Positions 49,612-59,530 of a stretch of 64,000 bases of DNA are shown here, one piece after another. The notes beneath the pieces were generated by a model that was not told the DNA's origin, ran no database searches, and saw only the letters and a program-made list of their open reading frames with translations. How positions within the stretch are numbered: the first letter of the stretch is position 1; every line of letters begins with the position of its first letter. The stretch is from an uncultured delta proteobacterium (GTDB taxonomy: Bacteria; Desulfobacterota; Binatia; Binatales; Binataceae). The position numbers and the translations under genes are program-made. Where the stretch lies: contig CAWJET010000002.1 of assembly GCA_963842085.1 (NCBI GenBank), forward strand, positions 768,001-832,000, in the 5' to 3' direction.

Positions 49612-49887
49612 GTGATCGCGAGTTTTAAGCACAAGGGTCTCAAGGAAATATTTGAGACCGGCAAGAGTGCAAGGGTGGATCCGCGACTCCATCAACGCTG
49701 CTCTGACCTGCTCGACGCAATAGAGGCGGCCGTGAATCAACAAGATCTTAACCTGCCCGGCTTCAATTTCCATCCGCTAAGGGGCAAGCCCGTCCGGTAC
49801 AGCATGCACGTCAATGGTCCGTGGACGATCACTTTCGAATGGAGCGCTCCGAGAGCCAGTAGAGTCGATTTAGAGCAGTATCACTAG
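49612..49887 (+). CDS. higB: HigB/RelE-family toxin
   Basis: I.SFKHKGL, PG...HPL.G, S..VNGPW.ITF, VDLEQYH. Confidence 0.92.
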   Translation: MIASFKHKGLKEIFETGKSARVDPRLHQRCSDLLDAIEAAVNQQDLNLPGFNFHPLRGKPVRYSMHVNGPWTITFEWSAPRASRVDLEQYH

Positions 49888-49925
49888 CCCGAGGAGGGCA
49901 TGAGAGGCACAAGAGGCAATTATCC

Positions 49926-50261
49926 ATGAAGTCAGATGAACTTGCCGTCGAGCGGGACAAGATTAGGCGCGCGCCGGTGCATCCGGGCGTCTTCTTCGGG
50001 CGCAACATCTTGCCCGAGTTTCGCCGTCAGAATCGTACGATCGGGGAGATTGCCACCCTGCTTGACGTCAGCCGACAGACCTTGCACCGCGTGATGGCCG
50101 GCCAGGGCTCAGTCACTCCCGATATGGCCGCCCGACTAGGCAAGTTGTGCGGCAACGGACCCGATCTGTGGTTGAACATGCAGGCGCGCTATGACGCCTG
50201 GGAGGCGACGCACCGCCTAGCTGGCGAGTTGAAGAAGATTCCGACTCTCAGAGAGGCATGA
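49926..50261 (+). CDS. higA: HigA antitoxin
   Basis: P.HPG, L.VSRQTL, VTPDMA.RL, WL.MQ..YD. Confidence 0.92.
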   Translation: MKSDELAVERDKIRRAPVHPGVFFGRNILPEFRRQNRTIGEIATLLDVSRQTLHRVMAGQGSVTPDMAARLGKLCGNGPDLWLNMQARYDAWEATHRLAGELKKIPTLREA

Positions 50262-50340
50262 TCGAACCGAAGCCCTCGAACTCGCGGCTGTAGCTCCTCA
50301 TCTACCTTGCCGTTCTTGGAGAGTTGCACCGCCGTCGTGG

Positions 50341-50395
50341 TTGACTCGCACATCCCCGCCATTCATATTAGTGAAACAATGACTGACTGGTCAGT
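50341..50395 (+). promoter_or_regulatory. tetR promoter and operator
   Basis: TTGACT-N17-CATATT; palindrome ACTGAC-TG-GTCAGT at 50382-50395. Confidence 0.7.
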
Positions 50396-50397
50396 TT

Positions 50398-51060
50398 ATG
50401 AATAGAACACAAACAAATTCCGCTGGAATTTCCAATGGTCGCCCCTTCCACGTCCACGACGAGCAGGCCGCCAAGCGCGAGCGTATCCTCGGCGCCGCGC
50501 TTAAGCTCTTCGCGCACGAGCCCTACCAAGCCGTCACCATGGACCGCGTGGCGGAGGCCGCCGGGGTGGCCAAGGGCACATTATATCTCTACTTTCCGTC
50601 GAAAGACGCGCTCTACCTCGGCGTTTTGAGCGACGGACTCGACACCGCCTACCGCACCTATCAAAGCAGCGCCGATCCGAAGCTGCCGGTGGTGGAGCGG
50701 CTGCGCCGTTCGATCGCGGTGACGGTTGAGTTTTACGATCAGCGGCGCGATTTCCTTCAGTTTTTCGCAACCGAGGAGCCGCGGCTGTCGGAGGCGCGCA
50801 ATCGCATCATCGAAGGTTCGCGCGAGCGCGGCTTCAACTTCTTCGCCTCGCTGATCGAGGAAGGAATCCGCACCGGCGTGTTCACGCGCGTCGATCCGCG
50901 CCTTGCGACGTTTACGATCCAGGGCGCGATTCGCTCGCTGCTGTTGTACTACGGCCCCGGCCGCCCGGTCTCCGAGCTCAGCCGCGAACTCGGCGACTTG
51001 ATGCTGCGCTCGCTCGGCGCAGACCCGTCGGGTCACTTCAAGCCGGTGCATCCGCAATGA
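50398..51060 (+). CDS. TetR/AcrR regulator
   Basis: R.RIL.AA..LF, VA..AGVAKGTLYLYF.SK. Confidence 0.95.
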   Translation: MNRTQTNSAGISNGRPFHVHDEQAAKRERILGAALKLFAHEPYQAVTMDRVAEAAGVAKGTLYLYFPSKDALYLGVLSDGLDTAYRTYQSSADPKLPVVERLRRSIAVTVEFYDQRRDFLQFFATEEPRLSEARNRIIEGSRERGFNFFASLIEEGIRTGVFTRVDPRLATFTIQGAIRSLLLYYGPGRPVSELSRELGDLMLRSLGADPSGHFKPVHPQ

Positions 51061-51944
51061 TCAGAACGCTGGTTCGCCGGGTTATTCGGCTCGCAATCCT
51101 GGCCGGGGTCGTCCTTGGATTTTATTTTTTCGGACGCACCTACTTGTGGCCGCCCGAGGATCGTTCGACGATCAAGGTCGTCGGGATGATCGAGGCGCCC
51201 GAGGTCAACATCACCAGCCGCATTGCGGGCCGTATCCGGCAACTCGACTTGCTCGAGGGTGACCACGTCAAGAAGGGACAGGTGGTCTGCCGGATCGAGG
51301 ATGTCGATCTCAGAAATGAGCTGGCCAAGTCGAAGGCCGACCTAGCTCATGCCGAGGCCAACCTGGCGCAGGCGCGGCGCGACCTCGCGCGCGACGAAAC
51401 ACTTACCAAAGCAAACGTGATTGCGACCAAGACTCGCGACGACGCCATCACCACCGTCGAGCAGGACGAGGCCGACGTGCTAAGCGCGCAGGCCAACGCT
51501 GATTTCTACGCCGATCAAATCGTCGATACCGAGATAAAATCACCGGTTGACGGCGTCATCGTCAGCAAGGCGCTCGAAGTCGGCGAATGGGTGACGCCGG
51601 GGGTGCCGATTCTGACCGTCGACGACCTCTCGACGATCTGGGCGCGCGTCGACGTCGAGGAAACCGACCTTGGCTCGCTCTACATCGGCAAGTCGGCGCA
51701 GGTCGAATTGCCCACGACGCCACCGCAGATCTTCACCGGGCGGGTCATGGCCATAGGGCAGGAGGGCGAGTTCGCGACCGAGCGCGACGTGCGCCGCGGA
51801 CGTCAGGATATTCGGACCTTCTACGTCAAGGTCCAGGTGCTGCAGGCCGAGGACGAACTCAAACCGGGGATGACGGCTGAAGTCAGCTTTCCGAGAAACG
51901 ATGGAACCCGAGTCACTAGCAATACAGACCAAAGACCTTACTAA
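51057..51944 (+). CDS. HlyD-family efflux adaptor
   Basis: N-terminal TM helix; GRI....EGD.VKKGQ, SP.DG, LKPGM. Confidence 0.92.
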   Translation: MIRTLVRRVIRLAILAGVVLGFYFFGRTYLWPPEDRSTIKVVGMIEAPEVNITSRIAGRIRQLDLLEGDHVKKGQVVCRIEDVDLRNELAKSKADLAHAEANLAQARRDLARDETLTKANVIATKTRDDAITTVEQDEADVLSAQANADFYADQIVDTEIKSPVDGVIVSKALEVGEWVTPGVPILTVDDLSTIWARVDVEETDLGSLYIGKSAQVELPTTPPQIFTGRVMAIGQEGEFATERDVRRGRQDIRTFYVKVQVLQAEDELKPGMTAEVSFPRNDGTRVTSNTDQRPY

Positions 51945-52908
51945 GCGCTTCGGCGCTTTCACCGCGGTCGACAAGGTCAACTTCGAGGTCCGTCGCGGCG
52001 AGGTGTTCGGACTGCTCGGCCCCAACGGCGCCGGCAAGACGACCGTGGTGCGGATGCTCACGACGCTGCTGCCGCCGAGCGACGGCCAGGCGTTTGTCGC
52101 CGGCTTTGACGTCGCGCGGTATCCGCGCCAGGTGCGCGAAAACATCGGCGTCATTCCCCAGGCGCTGACCTCCGATCTCGATCTCACCGGATGGGAGAAC
52201 GTCGACATCTACGGCGAGTTCTTCGGCCTGTCGCGCCGCGAGCGCCGCGAACGCGGGCATCGCCTGCTCCACATGGTCGGCTTGACCGAGCGCGCCAACG
52301 ATCTGGTCGCGACCTACTCGGGCGGGATGCGCCGGCGGCTCGAAATCGCGCGCGGCCTGATTCACTCGCCCGACGTGTTGTTCCTCGACGAGCCGACCAT
52401 CGGACTTGACCCGCAGAGCCGCCGCGCGGTGTGGGACCTGCTCGAAGCGCTGCGCAAGGAAAGCGAGATAACCATCTCGCTGACGACGCACTACATGGAC
52501 GAGGCCGAGTCGCTGTGCGATCGGATCGCAATCGTGGACGGCGGCAAGATAATCGCGCTCGACACGCCGATCGGACTCAAATCGATGGTGCCGGGCGCGG
52601 ACCGCATCGATCTGATCGTCGAAAAGAATCCCGCCGCGATCGCCGAGATGCTGCGGCCGATGCCGTATCTGCGCTCGGTGAATCTCGACGGCGGCAACCG
52701 CCTGCAGCTTTCGGCCAACGACGGCGCGCACGCGATTCCGAAAATTCTCGACGCCGTCGAACAAGCCGGCGACCGCGTGAACTCGATCACCGTGCAGAAA
52801 CTCTCGCTCGAAGACGTCTTCATCCATTTCACCGGGCGCACGCTCCGCGACGAGCCGGCCAAGAAGGTCAGCCTGTTCGTGGGCGCCGGGATGCCGCAGC
52901 AGCGCTGA
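51901..52908 (+). CDS. ABC transporter ATP-binding protein (DrrA-like)
   Basis: GPNGAGKT, YSGGMRRR, LDEPT.GLDP. Confidence 0.95.
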   Translation: MEPESLAIQTKDLTKRFGAFTAVDKVNFEVRRGEVFGLLGPNGAGKTTVVRMLTTLLPPSDGQAFVAGFDVARYPRQVRENIGVIPQALTSDLDLTGWENVDIYGEFFGLSRRERRERGHRLLHMVGLTERANDLVATYSGGMRRRLEIARGLIHSPDVLFLDEPTIGLDPQSRRAVWDLLEALRKESEITISLTTHYMDEAESLCDRIAIVDGGKIIALDTPIGLKSMVPGADRIDLIVEKNPAAIAEMLRPMPYLRSVNLDGGNRLQLSANDGAHAIPKILDAVEQAGDRVNSITVQKLSLEDVFIHFTGRTLRDEPAKKVSLFVGAGMPQQR

Positions 52909-52919
52909 GGAGGCCGCCG

Positions 52920-54044
52920 ATGTTCGGGCTGAAATTCCTCGCAGTCATGCGCCGCGACCTCAAGAAGCTGACGCGCAATCCGATCACGCTCATGTCGGTC
53001 ATCCTGATGCCGATCGTTTATCTCGTGATAATCGGCAACTCCTTCCAAGGCCAGCTCAAGCATCTGCCGATCGTCGTGGTCGAGCAGGATCACGGAATCT
53101 ACGCGCGCCGAGTCGTCGAACAGTTGCTGGCGCTGCAGGCCGGACCCAAGACCGTGGACGTCACCTTCGAGAACGACCCCGGCAACGCAGTCGACGAAGT
53201 CCGCGACGGGCTCTACAAGGGTGTGGTCGTCATTCCGCCCGACTTCAGCCACGACGTCGCCGAAGGCCGTATCGCGCAGATCGGGTTGTTCACCGACAAT
53301 GTCGACAGCATCAGCTCCGAGACGCTCGAAAGCGTGCTCGATGAAGCGGCCGCAACCGTCAGGGTTAGCTTCGTCACCGCGCGCGAGCCCAAGCTCAACG
53401 ACATCTCGCTGCGCCCGAGCTGGCTGTTCCCCTACGTCGATTACGATCGATCGCTCATCCCCGGCGTCATCGTGATGGCCATCTTCATGGGCTCGCTGAT
53501 GTCCGGCGTGTTCAACTGGGTAATGGATAAATTCATGGGCGTCACCGAATGCTACCTGGTGACTCCACTTTCGCGATGGGACATTGCCGGCGGCATCCTC
53601 GCCAGCGGCGTGACCGTAACCAGCATCGGCGGCGTGTTGGTCTTGTTCCTGGGCCTAATCATTACGCGCGGCCACCTCCTCGGCGGACCCATGGCGCTCG
53701 CAATGCTGGTCGGAATAATCGTCATCAGCGCGACCGGGCTGCTGGCGATGACGTTCTCGATGCTGGGACGCGCCGGGCATCCGCGGCTGGTCGGAGTGTT
53801 CTCTGGATTTCTGAACGTGATCCTGTTTTTCCCGAGCGGCGCGATCTATCCGGTCGAGAGTTTCCCGCCGTGGTTGCGAGCCTTCGCGCACTTCAATCCC
53901 GAGACTCATTCAGTGAGCGCAATCAAACAGATCCTGTTCAAGGGCGCCGACTTCACCGCCGTAAGCGGCGACATAGCGTTCCTGCTGGTGTTCATGGTCC
54001 TGATGCTGGTACTGGCGAGCGTATCCTTCAAACGCACCCTGTAG
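52920..54044 (+). CDS. ABC-2 permease
   Basis: GAGGAGG RBS; six TM helices; SGA.YP.E..P.W. Confidence 0.92.
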   Translation: MFGLKFLAVMRRDLKKLTRNPITLMSVILMPIVYLVIIGNSFQGQLKHLPIVVVEQDHGIYARRVVEQLLALQAGPKTVDVTFENDPGNAVDEVRDGLYKGVVVIPPDFSHDVAEGRIAQIGLFTDNVDSISSETLESVLDEAAATVRVSFVTAREPKLNDISLRPSWLFPYVDYDRSLIPGVIVMAIFMGSLMSGVFNWVMDKFMGVTECYLVTPLSRWDIAGGILASGVTVTSIGGVLVLFLGLIITRGHLLGGPMALAMLVGIIVISATGLLAMTFSMLGRAGHPRLVGVFSGFLNVILFFPSGAIYPVESFPPWLRAFAHFNPETHSVSAIKQILFKGADFTAVSGDIAFLLVFMVLMLVLASVSFKRTL

Positions 54045-54123
54045 CTCCGCCGCGAGCCTTCGAGCATCCAAAGTTCAGTGGCTTCAGCTTTAGCCTCTCT
54101 CTATCAGGAGAGGAGACAGAGTT

Positions 54124-54492
54124 TCAGCGCGCGAGAGCTTCGCGGATAACCCGCTGCAGCTCGGCGATCGAGACCGGCTTCAGGAGCGAGATGTTGGCGC
54201 CGGCTAAGTGCGCGGAGTTGTTGAGTTCGGGCGTGTTGTGTCCCGACATCACGATGATCGGCGTGGTCTGCGATTTCGCGCGGACGTGGCGAACGATCTC
54301 GATGCCGCTGGTGTCGGGCAGGCTCAGGTCAGTTATCACGAGATCGGGCGACTCGGCGTCGATTAGCTCGATTGCTTCGTTCGCGTCGAATGCGGCGATA
54401 CATCGATGGCCCGCGCGCTCGAGCAGGCGCACGTAGGCGTCCACGAGATCGCGTTCGTCGTCCACGATCAGAATTTTCGCCGGCTCAGCCAT
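54124..54492 (-). CDS. Single-domain response regulator
   Basis: ILIVDDE, D..LP, SG, KP. Confidence 0.93.
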   Translation of the reverse strand: MAEPAKILIVDDERDLVDAYVRLLERAGHRCIAAFDANEAIELIDAESPDLVITDLSLPDTSGIEIVRHVRAKSQTTPIIVMSGHNTPELNNSAHLAGANISLLKPVSIAELQRVIREALAR

Positions 54493-54506
54493 TGACGTGA
54501 ATTGAG

Positions 54507-55925
54507 CTAGCGGCCCGATTGATTGCTTCGCGCCACAGCGATTTGCGGCGCCGCCGGCGCTTCATCGCGCGCGGGAGGAGCCGCGTGCTCCGCTGACGAC
54601 TCGGCCATCGTCGGCAGGGTTATCACGAAAGTGGTGCCTTCGCCCTTCACCGATTCAACCGCGATGGTGCCGCCGTGGTCCTGGATGATCCGCTGGCTCA
54701 GCCACAGGCCAAGTCCGGTGCCCTTGGGCTTGGTCGTGAAGAACGGCTGAAACAGTTTCCCGAGCACGTCGCTCGCGATTCCCGCGCCGTCGTCCGAGAT
54801 CGACAGCCGGAGATTACCGGTACGCCCGGGCGCCCGCGCGGTCTCGATGCGTATCAGGTGCGCGCCCGCGTCGCGGGCATTGAAGATGAAGTTGATCAGC
54901 ACCTGCTCGACGCCCGTCGGCTCGGCCATCACCGGCGGCAGCGACCGATCGAGGCTGGTCTCGTATCTGATCGCGCCCGCCTTCGCTTCGGCCCCGACTA
55001 TCAGCATCGCATCTTCGACCGCGACGTTCATGTCCACCGGTTGACGGGCGCCGGGGCGCTGACGCGCGAGCGAAAGCATGTTGTGCGAGATGCGGCTGGC
55101 GCGCTCGATGTTTTTCTCCAGGACCAGCAGGTCGTCGCGCGTCTGGGCGCTGAGATCCTGATCCGCCGCGAGCATCAGCTCGATTCGCGACGCCATCACG
55201 GCCAGCGGGTTGTTCAATTCGTGCGCGATTCCGGCCGCCACGGCAGCCAGCGCATCGACGGTTTCATTGCGGCGCGCCTCGCGCTCCATCGCCCGGCGCT
55301 CGCTGATGTCAGTGACGAACGCGATCACCAGTTTGCCGCGATGGGTATGCACGACGTTGAGGCTGATCTCGGCGGGAAATTCGCTGCCGTCTTTTCGGCG
55401 TCCCGCGACCTCCATCCCGCGGCCCATCATGCGGGACTTTGGCGCGGTAAAAAATGCGCTGCGATGCGCCTCGTGGCGATAGCGGAAGCGTTGCGGGATC
55501 AAGACCTCGATCGGCTGACCGACGAGTTCCATTTCATGGTAGCCGAACAGTTCCTGCCCGCGCGGATTGAGCTGGCGAATCATCCCGTTGCTGTCGGCTG
55601 AAATGATTCCCTCGACCGACGACTCGAAGTAGCCGCGCGCACGCACCAGCGCTTCCTCGCGCGCCGCGACCGAGATGCGAATCGTCTTCATGTAGCGTGC
55701 CGCGACCAGGTACAGCAGCAGCGCGTTCACGCTCACGAACATCAGCCGGTTGAGGGTGTATGAATGCGCCGGCATCAGCGATAGCACCCGATTGGAAACC
55801 GCTACCCAGATAAGTCCGCCGAGCGCGTAGTAGAGCGCTATCCGCACCGGGCGGCTGCGGTAGATCGGCACATGATTCAATGCGCCGTGCTCGGTCAGTT
55901 TGTGCAAGCCGTTATCGTGAGCCAT
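54507..55925 (-). CDS. PAS-domain sensor histidine kinase
   Basis: Two TM helices, PAS (RKDGSEFP), AHELNNP, N..N..DA, D.G.G, GTGLGL. Confidence 0.95.
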   Translation of the reverse strand: MAHDNGLHKLTEHGALNHVPIYRSRPVRIALYYALGGLIWVAVSNRVLSLMPAHSYTLNRLMFVSVNALLLYLVAARYMKTIRISVAAREEALVRARGYFESSVEGIISADSNGMIRQLNPRGQELFGYHEMELVGQPIEVLIPQRFRYRHEAHRSAFFTAPKSRMMGRGMEVAGRRKDGSEFPAEISLNVVHTHRGKLVIAFVTDISERRAMEREARRNETVDALAAVAAGIAHELNNPLAVMASRIELMLAADQDLSAQTRDDLLVLEKNIERASRISHNMLSLARQRPGARQPVDMNVAVEDAMLIVGAEAKAGAIRYETSLDRSLPPVMAEPTGVEQVLINFIFNARDAGAHLIRIETARAPGRTGNLRLSISDDGAGIASDVLGKLFQPFFTTKPKGTGLGLWLSQRIIQDHGGTIAVESVKGEGTTFVITLPTMAESSAEHAAPPARDEAPAAPQIAVARSNQSGR

Positions 55926-56048
55926 CAGACCGGTTACTTTAGTCTTCCGGCGGGCGCCAAGGTAGCGGGTCAAAAGCCAAGATTGCCCGATAGGACGGGA
56001 GCAGCACTGCGGCCAAAATACGAGTTGCGCTGCGCCCGGAGGGGCGCG

Positions 56049-56852
56049 CTAGTGACGGCTCAAATTCAGGGCCTCGAGCGAGGCGTGCGACTCCGGCCCC
56101 GCCTTCGGTCCGGCGAGCCGATGAATCGCATGGCCGATCGGGGTGGCGATACACGCGACGTTGGATACGCCGCCGTCGCCGTCGTGCAGCGGTAGAATCG
56201 TCATCTCAACTGCGATTTCGGCGCCGTCGATCCGGGCCTGAAAGGTCGGAAACCGTGGCACGATTTCCCCGCCAAACGCGCGCACGAGAAGCCGCCGGAC
56301 CTCGTCGCGGCGCCCGGCAGGCAGCAGCATTTCGCTGCTGCGTCCGATAATCTCGATATCACTGTAGCCGTACATCTGGCGCGCCGCCGCATTAATTGCC
56401 GTGATAGTGCCGTCCGCGTCCACGCAGTGAATTCCGTCAGGAATCGAGTTGACGATCATCGCCATCAGCTCGTGGAAATCATCGCGCCGCTTCGCCTCGA
56501 TCGCCGCGCCGATCACCGGGACGAGCTCCGCGAAGCCGTCGGGCTTGACCAGGTAATGATACAGGCCGTGCTTGAACGCACCCGCCACCACCTCTTCGCC
56601 GCCGTTGCCGGTCAGCATAATTACCCGGGTCCGCGGCCATCGTCCGCGCACGCGCTGCAGGACCGACAGGCCGTCGCTCCAGCCCAGCCAATAGTCCGTG
56701 ATCACGATATCGCAGCCGTCGCGTTTGAGATGCTCACTCAACCGAACTGGATCGTCCGCGGCCAAAATCCGGGCGCTCGGAAATCCGCGCCGCAACCGCG
56801 CTTGGATAACCATCCGATCGGTCGGGTCGTCCTCTACGAGCAACAAGTCCAT
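56049..56852 (-). CDS. Receiver + PAS protein
   Basis: LLVEDD, DY, TG, KP, followed by a PAS domain with no output domain. Confidence 0.88.
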   Translation of the reverse strand: MDLLLVEDDPTDRMVIQARLRRGFPSARILAADDPVRLSEHLKRDGCDIVITDYWLGWSDGLSVLQRVRGRWPRTRVIMLTGNGGEEVVAGAFKHGLYHYLVKPDGFAELVPVIGAAIEAKRRDDFHELMAMIVNSIPDGIHCVDADGTITAINAAARQMYGYSDIEIIGRSSEMLLPAGRRDEVRRLLVRAFGGEIVPRFPTFQARIDGAEIAVEMTILPLHDGDGGVSNVACIATPIGHAIHRLAGPKAGPESHASLEALNLSRH

Positions 56853-56892
56853 TCGCAGTCCTCGCGCCCACCACCCATCAATGTCAGCGCGG

Positions 56893-56909
56893 AGCAATCA
56901 ATATGCCAA
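56893..56909 (-). promoter_or_regulatory. sigma54 promoter
   Basis: TTGGCAT-ATTGA-TTGCT. Confidence 0.75.
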
Positions 56910-57162
56910 CACGCGTTGGATCCGCGACCGCGATAAAGCGACACACGAGAGGCTAAAATTGAGATCGAAAGGCTGCGCGAACCGCCCAGCCGTCAACAGA
57001 ATGTTCCGCTACGGACTAGAGCACGTCCCGCAATGACACACTCCGCGATTCCTCCTAACCGGGGTGCCGGGGCATGGCCCTTTGCCCAAGGAAGCGAGAA
57101 CCCCACGGTGTTTCGCTACAATTGCGTCGTCCCCTTCCCGATCGATTGACGACGCCGGGACC

Positions 57163-57828
57163 CTATCGCGCCTTTTTCTGCACCGCTGGCTTCTTCGCCT
57201 TTGGCGGACGTCCGCGACGCCGCTTTTCGACTCCCGTCGCCTCGAGCTCGTCCTCATCGGGGCCGAACGCGCTGTCTATCTGCACGTCGTCCTCGGCGGC
57301 GCGGAGCGGCTCGACATGCTCTTCCGACTCGTCCGGGATGCTCAGCTCTTCAGGGCCGGACCATCGGCCGCCGAACGGCTTGGCCAGTCCACTCTGACCG
57401 CTGCGAGCTTCGGTGTTCGCTTCGTTCTGGCAATCGACGCAATATTGGGCGAACGGAATAACCTGGAGCCGCGCCAGCGGGATTTCATCGCCGCATCGCG
57501 CGCAGGTTCCATAAATCCCCGCCCCGAGCCGGGCCATTGCCGCGTCGATCGCGCTGAGCCGTTCCTGCGCGCGATCGAAAAGCGCCGCATGGGTATCTAC
57601 TTCGGACAGCGATCGCGCCACATCCATTTCGTCGGCCGGAGGCTGCCCGCCGTTGCGGGCCTGCTCGCGCATCAATTCCTTCACCCGGGCGAGCGTCTCA
57701 GCGCGCTCCTTGGAAAGCAGGCGCTTGAGCGCATCGATCCGCCTTGCGCCGGTACTAAGTGCGGCTGCCATCTTGGTTTTCAGCCTCTTGCGAGTCTTGG
57801 TCGGTCGGGTTTTAGTTCGAGTCTTCAT
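57163..57828 (-). CDS. TraR/DksA C4 zinc-finger protein with basic termini
   Basis: D..D coiled-coil tip; YG.C..CG..I...RL...P....C..CQ. Confidence 0.9.
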   Translation of the reverse strand: MKTRTKTRPTKTRKRLKTKMAAALSTGARRIDALKRLLSKERAETLARVKELMREQARNGGQPPADEMDVARSLSEVDTHAALFDRAQERLSAIDAAMARLGAGIYGTCARCGDEIPLARLQVIPFAQYCVDCQNEANTEARSGQSGLAKPFGGRWSGPEELSIPDESEEHVEPLRAAEDDVQIDSAFGPDEDELEATGVEKRRRGRPPKAKKPAVQKKAR

Positions 57829-57870
57829 AGTTAAGGACCGTTTGCGCACATCGATCCGGTTTCTAATATG

Positions 57871-57886
57871 AGCATTGATCGTGCCT
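57871..57886 (-). promoter_or_regulatory. sigma54-like promoter
   Basis: AGGCAC-GATCA-ATGCT. Confidence 0.5.
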
Positions 57887-58203
57887 CGCGCCACTTTAGG
57901 GAAAACGCGCGCACACAATACTCTTGCTGGGCACGATTCGAGTCCATTAGCCCGATATACGGAAACCACCTCAAGTTGGTTGCCTCGCCGGGGACTTGCC
58001 ACACCCCGGACCGCGGCAGTTTAGCCGGATTGGACGTTGCACGCGAGAGCCTTTCTGACGAATGGACCGCTGCTGCGTCGAAATCTCGCTGCACAGGCGT
58101 CAATCGCAGTGATGCCGCATAATTGAGCAGCATCCAGCGTCCTCGACATCACCAAAGCTCAAGATTCCTAGTTGATTCCGCATCTTAGGACGGTCAAACC
58201 GAG

Positions 58204-58220
58204 TTGGCACAGACCATGCT
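58204..58220 (+). promoter_or_regulatory. sigma54-like promoter
   Basis: TTGGCAC-AGACC-ATGCT. Confidence 0.55.
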
Positions 58221-58264
58221 CGCCCAGCAGGCGTACAATTCGGCTCAAGGAGGGTCCAATTAGC

Positions 58265-58798
58265 ATGTCTGTATCTGCTTCAGAACAGGTTCTTCAATAT
58301 GGACCTTCGAATCAGACCCGGGTAATCGACGAATGCGCCGGCCCCGATCCGTGGCTGAGCGCTCGCTTCGAGCCGGATTTCCTGGTGCCGGTTCAGTTTT
58401 TCGATTTGACCCGGCGCCGGTCGATGCTCGATGGCGAGACGCGGCTGGTCTTCGCGGTGCTCGAAGACGCGGTCCGATGCTACGTGAAGACGGTAAACTC
58501 GTCGCGGCGATGCGACCGCGAGCAATTCGACGAGGTTCAGCGATGGTTCCACGCGGAGGCCGAAATCCGCAGCCCGTTTTCCTTTGAATACGTATGCGAC
58601 GTGCTTGGAATCGAACCCGAGGCGTTGCGAGGGCGGCTAGGATTGCTGAGCGTCAACGACTTGCCGACCAAGCAAATGCGCTCGGTGGGACGCCGGCAAG
58701 TCGTGCGCGCCGGGCGTTCGTCGCGCAAGCGATCGAACGGCGGCGACCCGGGTTCGTTAGCCCGAGACGCAGGAATGAGAGAGAGTGCCGGCGGTTGA
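58265..58798 (+). CDS. Conserved hypothetical protein
   Basis: AGGAGG RBS; P.QFF...GE.RL..AVLEDA...W...FSF..VC..LG..P..LR motif. Confidence 0.75.
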   Translation: MSVSASEQVLQYGPSNQTRVIDECAGPDPWLSARFEPDFLVPVQFFDLTRRRSMLDGETRLVFAVLEDAVRCYVKTVNSSRRCDREQFDEVQRWFHAEAEIRSPFSFEYVCDVLGIEPEALRGRLGLLSVNDLPTKQMRSVGRRQVVRAGRSSRKRSNGGDPGSLARDAGMRESAGG

Positions 58799-58900
58799 AA
58801 AGGTGAAAAATTGCGGGTGCGTCGCATCCTGATTTTTCCTCGCGCCCGGCGCTAATGTTATCGTGGTGCGCGGCCGCGAAGATCTGCCGCTGCGACGACG

Positions 58901-59518
58901 ATGAACAACCCGCCGGGAAGATTCGAATTCCGTATTTGGGGAAATCACCTTAGCACCTTTCGAGATCGGCTGGCCGCGATTGCGGCACCCTCCGAGCCGC
59001 AGGAAAGCGCGGAAACCTACATCCTGTCGCGCACGACCGACGCCGCCAACGCCAAGATTCGCGCCGGGGTGCTCGACATCAAGCTGATGACGGAGCAGCT
59101 CGGCCGGCTCGAGCGATGGCGCCCCGTGCTGAAGGCAGAATTCCCGCTGGATTCGCGTACGATCGTCGAGCAGGTGTCTCCCGATCTCGGCCTTGGGGCC
59201 CTCGAAATCGCGCAACCGTCGTACACTCACGCCGAGTTTATCCGCGACCTGATGAAGACCCATTCCAATCTCGCGCTGGTCGACGTTGTCAAGATGCGGC
59301 GGCAGTTCACGTCTCAAAGGTACGCTGCCGAATTCGCCGAAGTATCAATCGCCGGCGGCGCCACCTCGCAAACAATCGAGATCGAATCGGAAGACCCGGC
59401 CGCCGTGCTTCGAGCGATCGCAAGACTTGGCCTGAACTCCCAGGCGAACATAAGCTATGTTCGACACTTGAAGCTGATGACCGGGATGACGCCGCGAACC
59501 GGCACCTCGGCAAGTTGA
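58901..59518 (+). CDS. Divergent CYTH-like protein
   Basis: FEFR, ETY, KIR, K.R, EIES pattern. Confidence 0.6.
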   Translation: MNNPPGRFEFRIWGNHLSTFRDRLAAIAAPSEPQESAETYILSRTTDAANAKIRAGVLDIKLMTEQLGRLERWRPVLKAEFPLDSRTIVEQVSPDLGLGALEIAQPSYTHAEFIRDLMKTHSNLALVDVVKMRRQFTSQRYAAEFAEVSIAGGATSQTIEIESEDPAAVLRAIARLGLNSQANISYVRHLKLMTGMTPRTGTSAS

Positions 59519-59530
59519 CGGCGCAAAGAC

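Noticed and set aside
50286-50296. GGCTGTAGCTC resembling a tRNA 5' end after higA
   Set aside because: Only about 9 nt match and the orientation is opposite; likely chance.
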